A stretch of DNA of 64,000 nt, taken from assembly GCA_035574315.1 (NCBI GenBank), contig DATLYW010000012.1, positions 209,741 through 273,740 on the forward strand, in the 5' to 3' direction. This document shows positions 11,645 to 21,174 of this stretch, piece by piece. This DNA is from Candidatus Zixiibacteriota bacterium (GTDB taxonomy: Bacteria; Desulfobacterota; Binatia; UBA9968). Under the pieces are notes generated by a model that saw nothing but the letters and a program-made list of their open reading frames with translations, searched no databases and had not been told where the DNA came from. The translations under genes were made by a program, and so were the position numbers. Numbering within the stretch: position 1 is the first letter of the stretch; every line of letters begins with the position of its first letter.

Positions 11645-13561
11645 ATGAAGGCTTATTTTCTCGTCTTACCGCTGCTTTTTTTCTCGATCTCAAAAGGATT
11701 TGCCGGCGAACCGGCGGAATCCAGCCTGCCGCCCGTGTTTGTCACCGCGACGCGCACCGAGACGCCGCTTCGACAGGTGACGACCTCGGCCACGATCATC
11801 ACGGCCGAAGAGATCGAGAAGCAGCAGGCCGAAACGGTCCTGGACGCGCTGCGCCACGTGCCCGGGCTCGACGTCGTCCAGTCGGGGTCGCGCGGGAACA
11901 ACACTGCAGTGTTCATCCGCGGCTCGGAATCGGATCACGTTCTGGTGCTGATTGACGGCGTCGAGGTCAACAGCACGACCCTCGGCACGTTCGACTTCGC
12001 CCACCTGACCACCGAGAACGTCGAGCGAATCGAAATTCTTCGCGGCGCGGGCGGCACGCTCTACGGCTCCCAGGCGATCGGCGGCGTCATCAACGTCATC
12101 ACGAGGAAAGGCGAAGGGCCGCTCGAAGCGGGATTGTCGCTCGAGGGCGGCAACGGGCGGAGCCATCGACAGGCGCTGACGCTGCGCGGCGCGGCGGGCA
12201 GGCTCGGCTATTCGTTGAGCGGTGCGCGGCTCGAAAGCCGGGGCTTTCGAAGCGTCAACGACGACTACCGAAATCTCTCTGCATCGGCGCGCCTGGATTA
12301 TCGCGTGACGGAGAACGCAGGCCTCAAGGGCTTTTTTCACTTCGCCAAGAGCGACCTCGGGTTGTTCAACAGCAACAATTTCGCCTCGCAGCCCGATCCC
12401 AACGCGCGCGAAGCCTCGATCCGGTACCTGGGCAAGCTCGAATGGGAGCATAAGATTTTGCGGAACTGGGATTACCGGATCTCGGGGTCTTTCTTCAAAG
12501 AGCACATCAAGGACAGCGACGACGTCGATGGCTGCGCTTTTTTCGGCTTCCCGTGCGATTTTCGCAGCCGCGACCGCTTCCGCCCGCGCAGCGACACGGC
12601 GGAGGTCCAGACCAACTACCGCTTCGAGCACTGGGGCACGACGACCTTCGGCGTGGAATACAAGCGGCGCTCCGCCAGCACCAGCAGCGGCATCGACGAG
12701 GCGATCGGGAACACGGGCTATTACCTCCAACAGCAGCTCCAGCTGCTCGATCGGCGGCTGATCTTGATCCCGGGCGTCCGCCTCGACGACAATCAAAGCT
12801 TCGGCAGCGCCTGGACCCCGTCGTTTTCCGCCGCCTACACCTTCGCAGGAACCGGCACCCGGCTGAAAGCCGGCTATGCGCGAGGCTTCAAGGCGCCGTC
12901 GCTGAACGAGCTTTTCTTTCCCCCGGCTTTCGGCTGCCCGGCCTTCGGCAACCCGAATCTCGATCCCGAAAGGAGCTGGGAGCTGAACGCGGGCGTGGAG
13001 CAGCGCCTGATGGGGGACCGGGTGGAAATCGGGGCGACTTATTTTCACCGGGAAGTGACGGGCCTGATCGAAGCGCGCCCCATTCCGGGCGATCCCCTGG
13101 GCTGCTTTCGCGCCGAGAACGTCGGCAAGGCTCGCTTCGACGGCGTGGAGTGGAACCTGGGCTTTAAGCCGCTTCCGTCGCTCGCGGTAAACGCCGGCTA
13201 CACCTACCTCGACTGGGACACCGCCGACGGAAAGCTGCGGCGCCGGCCGAGGCACCGCGGCAGCATCGGCCTGAATTATCTCCGCGACGGCTGGAACGTG
13301 AACGTCATTGCCCACCTGATCGGCCGACGGGACGATTTTCGCGCCGCCTCCCCCTTCGGTGACACGTCCAAACCGGGTTACCTGAAGCTCGACGTCTCCT
13401 CGAGCTACGAGCTGCCGTGGAAAGCGCCTTTTGCCAACAGCCTGGCGCTTTTCGGCAAGATCGAAAACCTGCTCGACAAAAGGTATGAAGAAGCCGACGG
13501 CTTTCGCGCGCGCCCGCTCAATTTCCTGCTCGGGGTTCGCGCCCGGTTCGGCGGAACGTAG
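11645..13561 (+). CDS. btuB: TonB-dependent cobalamin receptor
   Basis: Signal peptide, plug (VFVTATRT, LRHVPGLDV, IRGSESDHVLVLIDGV, ERIEILRG...LYGSQAIGGVINVIT), beta-barrel; riboswitch and cob context. Confidence 0.9.
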   Translation: MKAYFLVLPLLFFSISKGFAGEPAESSLPPVFVTATRTETPLRQVTTSATIITAEEIEKQQAETVLDALRHVPGLDVVQSGSRGNNTAVFIRGSESDHVLVLIDGVEVNSTTLGTFDFAHLTTENVERIEILRGAGGTLYGSQAIGGVINVITRKGEGPLEAGLSLEGGNGRSHRQALTLRGAAGRLGYSLSGARLESRGFRSVNDDYRNLSASARLDYRVTENAGLKGFFHFAKSDLGLFNSNNFASQPDPNAREASIRYLGKLEWEHKILRNWDYRISGSFFKEHIKDSDDVDGCAFFGFPCDFRSRDRFRPRSDTAEVQTNYRFEHWGTTTFGVEYKRRSASTSSGIDEAIGNTGYYLQQQLQLLDRRLILIPGVRLDDNQSFGSAWTPSFSAAYTFAGTGTRLKAGYARGFKAPSLNELFFPPAFGCPAFGNPNLDPERSWELNAGVEQRLMGDRVEIGATYFHREVTGLIEARPIPGDPLGCFRAENVGKARFDGVEWNLGFKPLPSLAVNAGYTYLDWDTADGKLRRRPRHRGSIGLNYLRDGWNVNVIAHLIGRRDDFRAASPFGDTSKPGYLKLDVSSSYELPWKAPFANSLALFGKIENLLDKRYEEADGFRARPLNFLLGVRARFGGT

Positions 13562-13597
13562 GAAAAAACGCGCTGGCGGCGCGTGGAGGTTCGAGCC

Positions 13598-14119
13598 GTG
13601 GCCAGACGGATCATCTTCGTGACCGGCGGCGCCCGGTCGGGAAAAAGCAAATACGCGGAGGCGCGCGCCGAGGCGCTTGGAAAGCGTCCGCTCTACTTCG
13701 CCACCGCGGAAGCCATGGACGAGGAGATGGCGCAGCGCATCGCCGCGCACCGGAAGCGGCGCGGCGAACACTGGGAGACCGTCGAGGAGCCTTTCGAGCT
13801 GGCGCAGGTGCTGCTCTCGTATCGCGGCCGCGCGGATTGCGCGCTCGTCGACTGCCTGACGCTCTGGCTGAGCAACCTTCTGCTTCTCGGAGGGGAAAGC
13901 GCAGCCGAGGCACGAGTCAAGACGCTGCTCGAGACGCTGCCATCGCTCGATTTTCACGTCGTACTGGTCGGCAACGAGGTCGGCTGCGGCGTTGTGCCAG
14001 AGAACGCACTGGCGCGACGGTTCCGCGATCTCGCGGGCTGGACCCACCAGCGGGTGGCCGCGGCCGCCGACGAGGTGGTGTTGATGGTAGCGGGAACGCC
14101 GCTGACGGTGAAGCGGTGA
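13598..14119 (+). CDS. cobU: Bifunctional adenosylcobinamide kinase / guanylyltransferase
   Basis: GGARSGKS P-loop, RIAAHRKRR, W.TVEEP, LVDCLTLWLSN, NEVGCGVVP, RFRD; start at GTG 13598 or 13583. Confidence 0.95.
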   Translation: MARRIIFVTGGARSGKSKYAEARAEALGKRPLYFATAEAMDEEMAQRIAAHRKRRGEHWETVEEPFELAQVLLSYRGRADCALVDCLTLWLSNLLLLGGESAAEARVKTLLETLPSLDFHVVLVGNEVGCGVVPENALARRFRDLAGWTHQRVAAAADEVVLMVAGTPLTVKR

Positions 14120-15180
14120 GCGGGAGCCTGTTGGCGGAGACGCTCCGGCGAATCGGTCCCATCGACCGCGACCTGGAGCGAGCCGCTCAGGCCCGGCTCG
14201 ACTCGCTGGCCAAGCCGCAGGGCAGCCTTGGCCGGCTCGAGGAGCTGGCCCGGCGGGTGGCGGCGATCCAGGGCCGTGTTCCGCCACGTCTCGGGCCCAA
14301 GCTCCTGTTCGTGCTGGCGGCCGACCACGGCGTTACGGAGGAGGGCGTGAGCGCTTACGCAAAAGAGGTCACGGCCCAGATGGTCCGCAACTTTCTTCAG
14401 GGCGGGGCGGCGGTGAACGTTCTCGGCCGGCACTGCGGCATCGACATCGAGGTCGTCGACGTCGGCGTCGACGGCGACTTCGGCGGGATCGGCGGCTTGC
14501 GGGATTGCAAGCTGCAGCGCGGCACGGCGAACTTCGCCCGCGGCCCCGCGATGACGCGGGGCCAGGCGCTAGGTTCGCTGGAGGTCGGAATCAACTTGGC
14601 GCGGGAGGCCGCGAGAAGGAATGTTTTCTTGCTCGCGGCCGGCGACATGGGGATCGGGAACACCAGCAGCGCCGCGGCCGTCGTCTGCGGCTTGACCAGC
14701 GCAGCTCCCGCAGAGATCGTCGGGCGCGGCACCGGGATCGATGATACGACCCTGGAACGGAAGATCGCCGCGATTGAGTCTGGGTTGAGGCTCAACCGGC
14801 CGGACCGCGATGATCCTCTGGATGTGCTGGCCAAAGTCGGCGGTCTGGAGATCGGCGCGGCGGCCGGCCTCATCATCGGCGCCGCTGCGCTCCGCCTTCC
14901 GCTGGTGCTCGATGGCGTGATTTCCACGGCCGCCGCGATGCTGGCCACACGGCTGCACCCGCAGGCGGTAGAGGTACTTTTCGCTTCCCACCTTTCCGCC
15001 GAGCGCTGCCACCGCTTGATGCTCGAAAGGCTCGGACTACGGCCAATCCTCGATCTTCGAATGCGCCTCGGCGAAGGGACCGGAGCCTGTCTCGCGATTG
15101 GCCTGATCGAAGCCGCGGTCAAGATCATCGTCGAGATGGCGACGTTCGCCTCGGCCGGAGTGAAGGAGAAAGTGCGATGA
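14116..15180 (+). CDS. cobT: Nicotinate-nucleotide-dimethylbenzimidazole phosphoribosyltransferase
   Basis: LAKPQGSLGRLEEL, AADHGV.EEGVSAY, GDMGIGNTS, GRGTG, VGGLEIG, MRLGEGTGA; GTG start overlaps the cobU stop. Confidence 0.96.
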   Translation: MSGSLLAETLRRIGPIDRDLERAAQARLDSLAKPQGSLGRLEELARRVAAIQGRVPPRLGPKLLFVLAADHGVTEEGVSAYAKEVTAQMVRNFLQGGAAVNVLGRHCGIDIEVVDVGVDGDFGGIGGLRDCKLQRGTANFARGPAMTRGQALGSLEVGINLAREAARRNVFLLAAGDMGIGNTSSAAAVVCGLTSAAPAEIVGRGTGIDDTTLERKIAAIESGLRLNRPDRDDPLDVLAKVGGLEIGAAAGLIIGAAALRLPLVLDGVISTAAAMLATRLHPQAVEVLFASHLSAERCHRLMLERLGLRPILDLRMRLGEGTGACLAIGLIEAAVKIIVEMATFASAGVKEKVR

Positions 15181-15902
15181 GTTCCTTTGTCGTCGCGTTG
15201 CGGTTCTTGACTCTCTGCCCATGGCCTCGATCCGGCAACGACCCGGTCGAGAAGCCGGGGCGGTCGGCGATTTTCTTCCCGGTAATCGGCTTCGGGCTGG
15301 GCTGCATTCTGGTCGCGGCGGAGACCGGCCTGTCCCTGCTCGCGAGTCCCGGGCTGACGGGCGTCGTCCTCGTCGCGCTTCTTGCCGTCCTGACGCGCTC
15401 CCTCCACCTCGACGGCCTCGGAGATACCTTCGACGCCCTCGGCGCCAGCCGCGAGCGGGCGCTCGAAGCGATGGCGGACAGCCGCATCGGCGCTTTCGGC
15501 GCGGTCGCGATCGCGCTGACGATCCTCTTCAAGGTCGAGGCGATCGCGGGGCTCGGCGTCGACCGCTGGCGCGCGCTGCTCGCCGCTCCGGTGCTGGGGC
15601 GCTGGGCGATGGTTCTTTGCGGCTACCGCTCCGTTGCCGCCCGGCCGGGACTCGGCTCGCTGTTTGCGAACGGCCTCGAGGCGAAGCATCTCCTGGTCGC
15701 GACCGCGATCGCGCTGGTGCTGGTTTCGGCCGTCCTTCGCGGTCCCGGCCTCGTGGTGATGGCGTGGGTCGCCGCTGTCGGCTTGGGCGCTAAGGCCTAT
15801 GCCCACCGACGCCTGGGGGGTGTAACCGGAGACGTTCTCGGCGCGATCGGCGAGCTCGGTGAGACCTCGGTCCTCGCCTTGCTCGCTTTGGGGGCGCGAT
15901 GA
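15177..15902 (+). CDS. cobS: Adenosylcobinamide-GDP ribazoletransferase (cobalamin synthase)
   Basis: Intact LHLDGLGDTFD, MADSRIGAFG and GGVTGDVLGAIGELGE motifs. Confidence 0.95.
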   Translation: MSSFVVALRFLTLCPWPRSGNDPVEKPGRSAIFFPVIGFGLGCILVAAETGLSLLASPGLTGVVLVALLAVLTRSLHLDGLGDTFDALGASRERALEAMADSRIGAFGAVAIALTILFKVEAIAGLGVDRWRALLAAPVLGRWAMVLCGYRSVAARPGLGSLFANGLEAKHLLVATAIALVLVSAVLRGPGLVVMAWVAAVGLGAKAYAHRRLGGVTGDVLGAIGELGETSVLALLALGAR

Positions 15903-16816
15903 GCTTTTCGTCCCGGACCGCCACCGGCCTGTTGCTCCTCGCCGTTCTCGTGGCCGCGGCGCAGGCTCTCCCGGTCGCATCCGCGGCGGCGCCGGCGCCG
16001 CCGCAAAGAGTCGTTTCCCTCGCGCCGAGCGTCACCGAGACGCTCTTCGCCCTGGGCTTCGGCGACCGCCTCGTCGGCGTCACCACCTACTGCGACTATC
16101 CCGCGGGGGCGCGAAAAATTCCCAGGATCGGGGGCTTCATGAACCCGAGCCTCGAGGCGATCCTCGCCCGCCGGCCCGATCTGGTGCTCGGCGTCGTGGG
16201 CGCCACGGATCCCGTCACGGCAGGCGGAATGAGACGCCTGGGCCTTCGGGTCGATCTCATCTCGCTCGGGAGCGTAAGCGACATCTTGAGCGCCGTCAAA
16301 AGCATCGCCCGGCTGCTCGGAAACCCCGACGCCGGGGAAGAACTGGCGCGGCGGATCGCCCGACAAATCGACCGGGTGAAGCGGCGGGTCGCGCCGGCGC
16401 CACGCCGCTCGACGCTTCTGGTCGTCGGCCTGCGTCCGCTGATCGCCGTCGGCGGCAAGAACTTCATCGACGAGTTGATCACCCTGGCCGGCGGCAGGAA
16501 CGTCGCCGGCAGCGCGCCGCAGCCCTGGCTCAATCTGCCGGACGAATACGTGGTCGCCAGGGCTCCCGAGGTGATCATCGAGGCGGGGATGGGCTCGGAG
16601 CGCGCGGAGTCGTGGCGGCACTGGCGGGACCTCGGGTCCATTCCGGCGGTGAAGGAAGGTCGCGTCTACTCCTATCCTTCGGACAAGATCCTGCGTCCCG
16701 GCCCGCGGATCGGCGAAGGGCTCGAGGAGATCGCCCGGCTCGTGCACCCGGAGTGCTTCGCCCGCTCCAGCGGTCGAAACCGCGGAGAAACGGCATGTGA
16801 AAGTTCTCGACCGTAA
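15899..16816 (+). CDS. btuF: Cobalamin ABC transporter substrate-binding protein
   Basis: QRVVSLAPSVTETLFALG.GDRLVGVTTYCDYP, LRPGPRI. Confidence 0.9.
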   Translation: MSFSSRTATGLLLLAVLVAAAQALPVASAAAPAPPQRVVSLAPSVTETLFALGFGDRLVGVTTYCDYPAGARKIPRIGGFMNPSLEAILARRPDLVLGVVGATDPVTAGGMRRLGLRVDLISLGSVSDILSAVKSIARLLGNPDAGEELARRIARQIDRVKRRVAPAPRRSTLLVVGLRPLIAVGGKNFIDELITLAGGRNVAGSAPQPWLNLPDEYVVARAPEVIIEAGMGSERAESWRHWRDLGSIPAVKEGRVYSYPSDKILRPGPRIGEGLEEIARLVHPECFARSSGRNRGETACESSRP

Positions 16817-17828
16817 GAAGATGCTGCTCGTGAACGGCGCCCTGCTTGCGGCACTCGGCGCCTCCGTGGCCGCCTGCGCGCTGCTCGGTCCCGTGCGCCT
16901 CGACTGGACGCGGTTGCTGCGCCAATTTCCCGGGGGTCCGGAAGCCGAGATCCTCTTCCGCGCGCGGCTGCCGCGGGTGCTCCTGGGAGCCGCCATCGGC
17001 GGGGGCATGGCCGCCTGCGGCGCCGTGCTGCAGGCCTTGCTCCGCAATCCCCTAGCCTGCCCGCAGATGCTGGGGGTGTCGGGCGGGGCCTCCCTGGGCG
17101 GTATCTTGGGTCTGATCTTTCTTCCCGGCTGGCTCTTGCCCGCGTGCGGCGCGCTCGGCGAGATCTCGTGGGCGCCGCTGACGGCGTTCTGCGGCGCCTT
17201 GCTGAGCATGGTCTTGATCTACCGCTTTTCCTTGTTTCACGGGCGGCTCCATCCCTATCACCTGCTTTTGTCCGGCGTGGTCTTCAATTCGTTCATCGCC
17301 GCCGTGATCATGTTCCTCAACTCGATCGTCGATTTCTACCAGGCCCAGGGCCTGCTTTTCTGGCTCATGGGAAGCCTTTCCACCCGAACCTATGTCACCG
17401 TGGCTTTCATCTGGGCGTACGTCGTCCTGGGCTTTTTGTGGCTGTGGAGCAAGAGCCTGGCGCTGAACCTGATCGCGCTGGGCGAGGAGGCGGCGCTGCA
17501 GCTCGGCGTCGAGACCGCCGCGCTGCAGCGCGACGTCTTTATCGCTTCCTCCCTGATGATCGGCGCCATGGTCTCGGTGAGCGGCATGATCGGCTTTGTC
17601 GGGCTGATGATTCCCCACGTCATGCGCCTGCTCGTCGGCAGCGATCACCGGCTCCTGCTCCCCGCTTCTTTTCTCGCCGGCGGCGTTTTTCTCGCCTGGG
17701 CCGACACCCTCGCGCGCATCGTGCTCGCCCCCGCGGAGCTCCCCGTGGGGATCGTCACGGCGTTCTTCGGCGCGCCCTTTTTTCTCTTCCTGCTCTCCCG
17801 TGGCGGAGGGAGGAACGCGGCCCCATGA
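16797..17828 (+). CDS. btuC: Cobalamin/iron-chelate ABC permease
   Basis: RLPRVLLG, LLRNPLA.P..LGVSGGA, FWLMGSL, SGMIGFVGLMIPH, ELPVGIVTAFFGAPFF. Confidence 0.9.
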   Translation: MKVLDRKKMLLVNGALLAALGASVAACALLGPVRLDWTRLLRQFPGGPEAEILFRARLPRVLLGAAIGGGMAACGAVLQALLRNPLACPQMLGVSGGASLGGILGLIFLPGWLLPACGALGEISWAPLTAFCGALLSMVLIYRFSLFHGRLHPYHLLLSGVVFNSFIAAVIMFLNSIVDFYQAQGLLFWLMGSLSTRTYVTVAFIWAYVVLGFLWLWSKSLALNLIALGEEAALQLGVETAALQRDVFIASSLMIGAMVSVSGMIGFVGLMIPHVMRLLVGSDHRLLLPASFLAGGVFLAWADTLARIVLAPAELPVGIVTAFFGAPFFLFLLSRGGGRNAAP

Positions 17829-18601
17829 AGGCGATCGGCATCGAAAATCTGGCGTTCCGGTACACGGAGGCTCCGGTTCTCGAAGGCGTCTCGCTCGCCG
17901 TCGAACGAGGGGAGATGCTGGCGCTCCTCGGCCCCAACGGATCGGGCAAGACGACCCTTCTCAAGCTCCTGGCCGGGCTGCTGCCCGCCGACGGGACGAT
18001 CGAAGTCAACGGCCGGCCCTTGCGCGACTACGGCCGGCGGGAGCTCAGCCGACTGATCGCCGTCGTGCCGCAGGAAACCCAGGCGATTTTCCCTTATACC
18101 GTGGCCGAGGTCGTCTTGATGGGGCGGGCGAGCCACCATAGCCCGCTGGCCCTCGAGAGCGCGGCCGACCGGGAGGTGGCGCTCCGGTGCATGGAGCTGA
18201 CCGGAGTCTTCACGCTCGCCGATCGCTACCTCCACGAGCTGAGCGGCGGCGAAAAGCAGCGGGTGATCATTGCCCGCGCGCTCGCCCAGGAGCCGGAGAT
18301 CCTGCTGCTCGATGAGCCGTCCGCGTTCCTGGACCTCAGGCACCAGGTGCAGGTGCTCGAGCTGCTCCGACGGCTCAACCGCGAGCGCGCCCTGACCATC
18401 GTCGCCGCGCTGCACGATCTCAATCTCGCTGCGCTTTTCTTTCCGCGGCTGGTCATGCTGCGGGGGGGGAAGATCTATCGCGACGGCACGCCAGCCGAGG
18501 TTCTGACGGAACAGACCGTCGAAGCGGTCTACGGCGTTCGCGTCCGGATCGAAGCGGACGGCCAAAGACCGCGGTTGTTCCTCCGTCCCGAAGGCGCCTA
18601 G
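17825..18601 (+). CDS. btuD: Cobalamin/iron-chelate ABC ATPase
   Basis: ATG 17825; GPNGSGKT, LSGGEKQRV, LLLDEP, LHDLNLA. Confidence 0.9.
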   Translation: MKAIGIENLAFRYTEAPVLEGVSLAVERGEMLALLGPNGSGKTTLLKLLAGLLPADGTIEVNGRPLRDYGRRELSRLIAVVPQETQAIFPYTVAEVVLMGRASHHSPLALESAADREVALRCMELTGVFTLADRYLHELSGGEKQRVIIARALAQEPEILLLDEPSAFLDLRHQVQVLELLRRLNRERALTIVAALHDLNLAALFFPRLVMLRGGKIYRDGTPAEVLTEQTVEAVYGVRVRIEADGQRPRLFLRPEGA

Positions 18602-19749
18602 CGGTTCGCCTTGCGGTATCCCAGCGCGTCCTGGGCGATGATCATCTTCTGGATGTTCGAGGAGCCCTCGACGATCTGGTAGGACTTGGCGTCGCGGTAG
18701 TAGCGCTCGACGGGGAATTCCGTGGAGTAGCCGTACGCCCCGAGGATTCTCAGCGCCGCGTCCGCGGCGAAGTTGGCGGCTTCCGCGGCGACGTATTTGG
18801 CGATGGAGGTCTCCAGATTGTTCGGCCGCTTCTGATCCGCGAGCCACGCGGCGCGGTAAACCAGCAGGCGCGCCGCTTCCTCGTGCGCGATCATCTGCGC
18901 GATCAGGTCCTGGTTCATCTGAAACTCGCCGATTTTCTGGCCGAACTGCACGCGCTGGTTGCAGTAGCTCACGGCCGCCTCCTTGGCGGCGCGCGCAACG
19001 CCCAGGGCGCCCGCCGCGCAGTTGAGCCGGGTCTGGTTGAGCTGCCACATGCAGATCTTGAAGCCGTCGCCTTCCTCTCCCAGGCGATTGGCCGCCGGCA
19101 CGCGAAAGTTGTCGAAGATCAGCTCGCCCAGCGGCGAGCAGTGCGCGCCCAGGGTTTCCATGGTCCGGCGGGTCAGGCCGGGCTGGGACCAGTCCGCATA
19201 GAAGGCGCTGATGCCGCGGTGCTTTTGCGACCGGTCGGTGTAGGCATAGACCAGGCCGCCCTGTGCCACCGGCGCGTTCGTGATGAAGACCTTGTTGCCA
19301 TTGAGCAGATAGTGATCGCCTTCTCTTTTCGCCACCGTGCGCATGCCGGCGACATCCGAGCCCGCTTCAGGCTCGGTGATCGCGAAGCAGCCGATGACCT
19401 CTCCGGTGACCAGCGGCGGGATGAATTTCTTTTTCTGCTCCTCCGTGCCGAACCGTAGCAGGGTCACCGCCGGACCGACTTGCATGTTGATGGCCACGCG
19501 CATGGCGCTGTGAGCGCGCGCGATCTCCTCGGTGATCAGCACCATCGCCAGGTAGCCGAGCCCGTTGCCGCCGTATTCCTCCGGGATCATGGTGCCGTAG
19601 AAGCCGAGCTCGCCCATCTTGCGCAGCAGGTCCGGGCGGAAATTCTTCTCCCTGTCGTCCCTGGCCGCGCTGGGCGCGATCTCCTTCTCGGCAAATTCCC
19701 GCGCCAGGTCGCGCACCGACAACAGCTCGTCCGATAGCTCGAAATCCAT
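18598..19749 (-). CDS. Acyl-CoA dehydrogenase, glutaryl-CoA dehydrogenase (non-decarboxylating) type
   Basis: ACAD motifs (AITEPEAGSD, R.QFG..IGEFQ); shares AMRVAINM, YAYTD, RILGAYGYSTE and IVEGSSNI...LG.RKANR with the Desulfococcus-type enzyme as I recall it. Confidence 0.8.
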   Translation of the reverse strand: MDFELSDELLSVRDLAREFAEKEIAPSAARDDREKNFRPDLLRKMGELGFYGTMIPEEYGGNGLGYLAMVLITEEIARAHSAMRVAINMQVGPAVTLLRFGTEEQKKKFIPPLVTGEVIGCFAITEPEAGSDVAGMRTVAKREGDHYLLNGNKVFITNAPVAQGGLVYAYTDRSQKHRGISAFYADWSQPGLTRRTMETLGAHCSPLGELIFDNFRVPAANRLGEEGDGFKICMWQLNQTRLNCAAGALGVARAAKEAAVSYCNQRVQFGQKIGEFQMNQDLIAQMIAHEEAARLLVYRAAWLADQKRPNNLETSIAKYVAAEAANFAADAALRILGAYGYSTEFPVERYYRDAKSYQIVEGSSNIQKMIIAQDALGYRKANR

Positions 19750-19801
19750 TTTTCATTCCCCCGCCAGCCGTACGACGACGGCCCCGCGCCTCGAAGCCCT
19801 C

Positions 19802-20968
19802 CTATCCCGGCCTCGCGCCGGGCGACGTTTTCAAGAGCTCCCGCGCAATCACGATTTTTTGAATCTCCGAAGTGCCCTCGTAAATCCGCAGCGCGCGGAT
19901 GTCCCGGTACAGTCGTTCCACGACGCTCCCCACCACCACGCCGCTCCCGCCGTGGATCTGCAGCGCCTGATCGATCACGCCTTGAGCGGTCTCCGTGGCG
20001 TACAGCTTGGCCATCGAGGAGCGGAGTTTTGCCGCCGGCAGTCCGGAGTCCACCGTCCAGGCCGCCTGGTAAACCATCAGACGCGCAGCTTCGAGCGCCG
20101 TGGCCATCTCGGCGAGCTTGAACTGGGTGGCCTGAAACTCCGCGAGCGCGCGTCCGAACTGCCGCCGGCGGCCGCTGAACCCGAGCGCCTCTTCCAGGGC
20201 GCGCTGGCCCAACCCCACCGCTGCCGCTCCCACCGTGCAGCGCAGCAGCTCCAGGGTCGCAAACGCGATCTTCAGGCCCTCGCCTTCCTTTCCCAGCAGT
20301 GCGCTCTCCGGAATCGCGCAGTCCTTGAAGACGATTGTGCCGATCGGGTGCGGCGAGATCACCCGCGTCTTCTCGGTCACCCTGAGGCCGGCGCTGCGCG
20401 CCGGAACGACGAAAGCGCTGATGCCCTCGGCGCGCCTCGCGGGATCGGTCGACGCGAACACGACGTAGGTGTCGGCGATGCCGGCGTTGGAGATGAGCCG
20501 CTTGGTGCCCTGCAGCACGTACCCGCCGTCGCGCCTGACGGCGCGGGTCTGCAGCGAAGCGGCGTCCGAACCCGCCTCGGGCTCGGTCAGGGCGAAGGCG
20601 GCGATCGCGTCCCCCGCCGCCACGGGTGGCAGGCAGGCAGCCTTCTGCGCTTCGCTCCCGCAGAGAGAGATCGGGTAGCTCCCGAGAGCCTGAACTGCGA
20701 ACATTGAGTCCGCCAGGGCGGACTGGCGCGCCAGCTCCTCCCGGATGATGCAGAGATCCCTGGCGCTGACCGCGCGGCGCGCGCCGCCGTAGCGATCGGG
20801 AACCGCGAAGCGGAGCAACCCAGCCTCCCCCAGCCCTCGCAGGAGCGCACGGGCCGCGCCTTCGACATCCGCGCCGGGTTCGCCGGCGGACGACGCCGCC
20901 GCCCACGCGCGCACGCGCTCGCGCAGTTCGGCGTGATCCGGTTCGAAAAAAGGCGGCTGGCTGCTCAT
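19802..20968 (-). CDS. Acyl-CoA dehydrogenase family protein
   Basis: FALTEPEAGSDAA, RRQFGR.LAEFQ, LQIHGGSG, LYRDIRALRIYEGTSEIQK. Confidence 0.92.
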   Translation of the reverse strand: MSSQPPFFEPDHAELRERVRAWAAASSAGEPGADVEGAARALLRGLGEAGLLRFAVPDRYGGARRAVSARDLCIIREELARQSALADSMFAVQALGSYPISLCGSEAQKAACLPPVAAGDAIAAFALTEPEAGSDAASLQTRAVRRDGGYVLQGTKRLISNAGIADTYVVFASTDPARRAEGISAFVVPARSAGLRVTEKTRVISPHPIGTIVFKDCAIPESALLGKEGEGLKIAFATLELLRCTVGAAAVGLGQRALEEALGFSGRRRQFGRALAEFQATQFKLAEMATALEAARLMVYQAAWTVDSGLPAAKLRSSMAKLYATETAQGVIDQALQIHGGSGVVVGSVVERLYRDIRALRIYEGTSEIQKIVIARELLKTSPGARPG

Positions 20969-21174
20969 GACGAATGATTGCGCCGCGGCGTGGCCTCGAG
21001 CCCATCCGCCGCAGCATATGCCTCGCTCACGAGCCGTTGGTGCTTGCCCGCGGGCGTTGCGAGATCCGCCTCGCGGCCGAAGCTTCTGTAGATCGTCACG
21101 GCGCCTACCGACCCCTCTCTTCGAGCGATTTCCGCCTCAGAACGTGGTAACGCGAAACCGAAAGGCGCGCAAGC

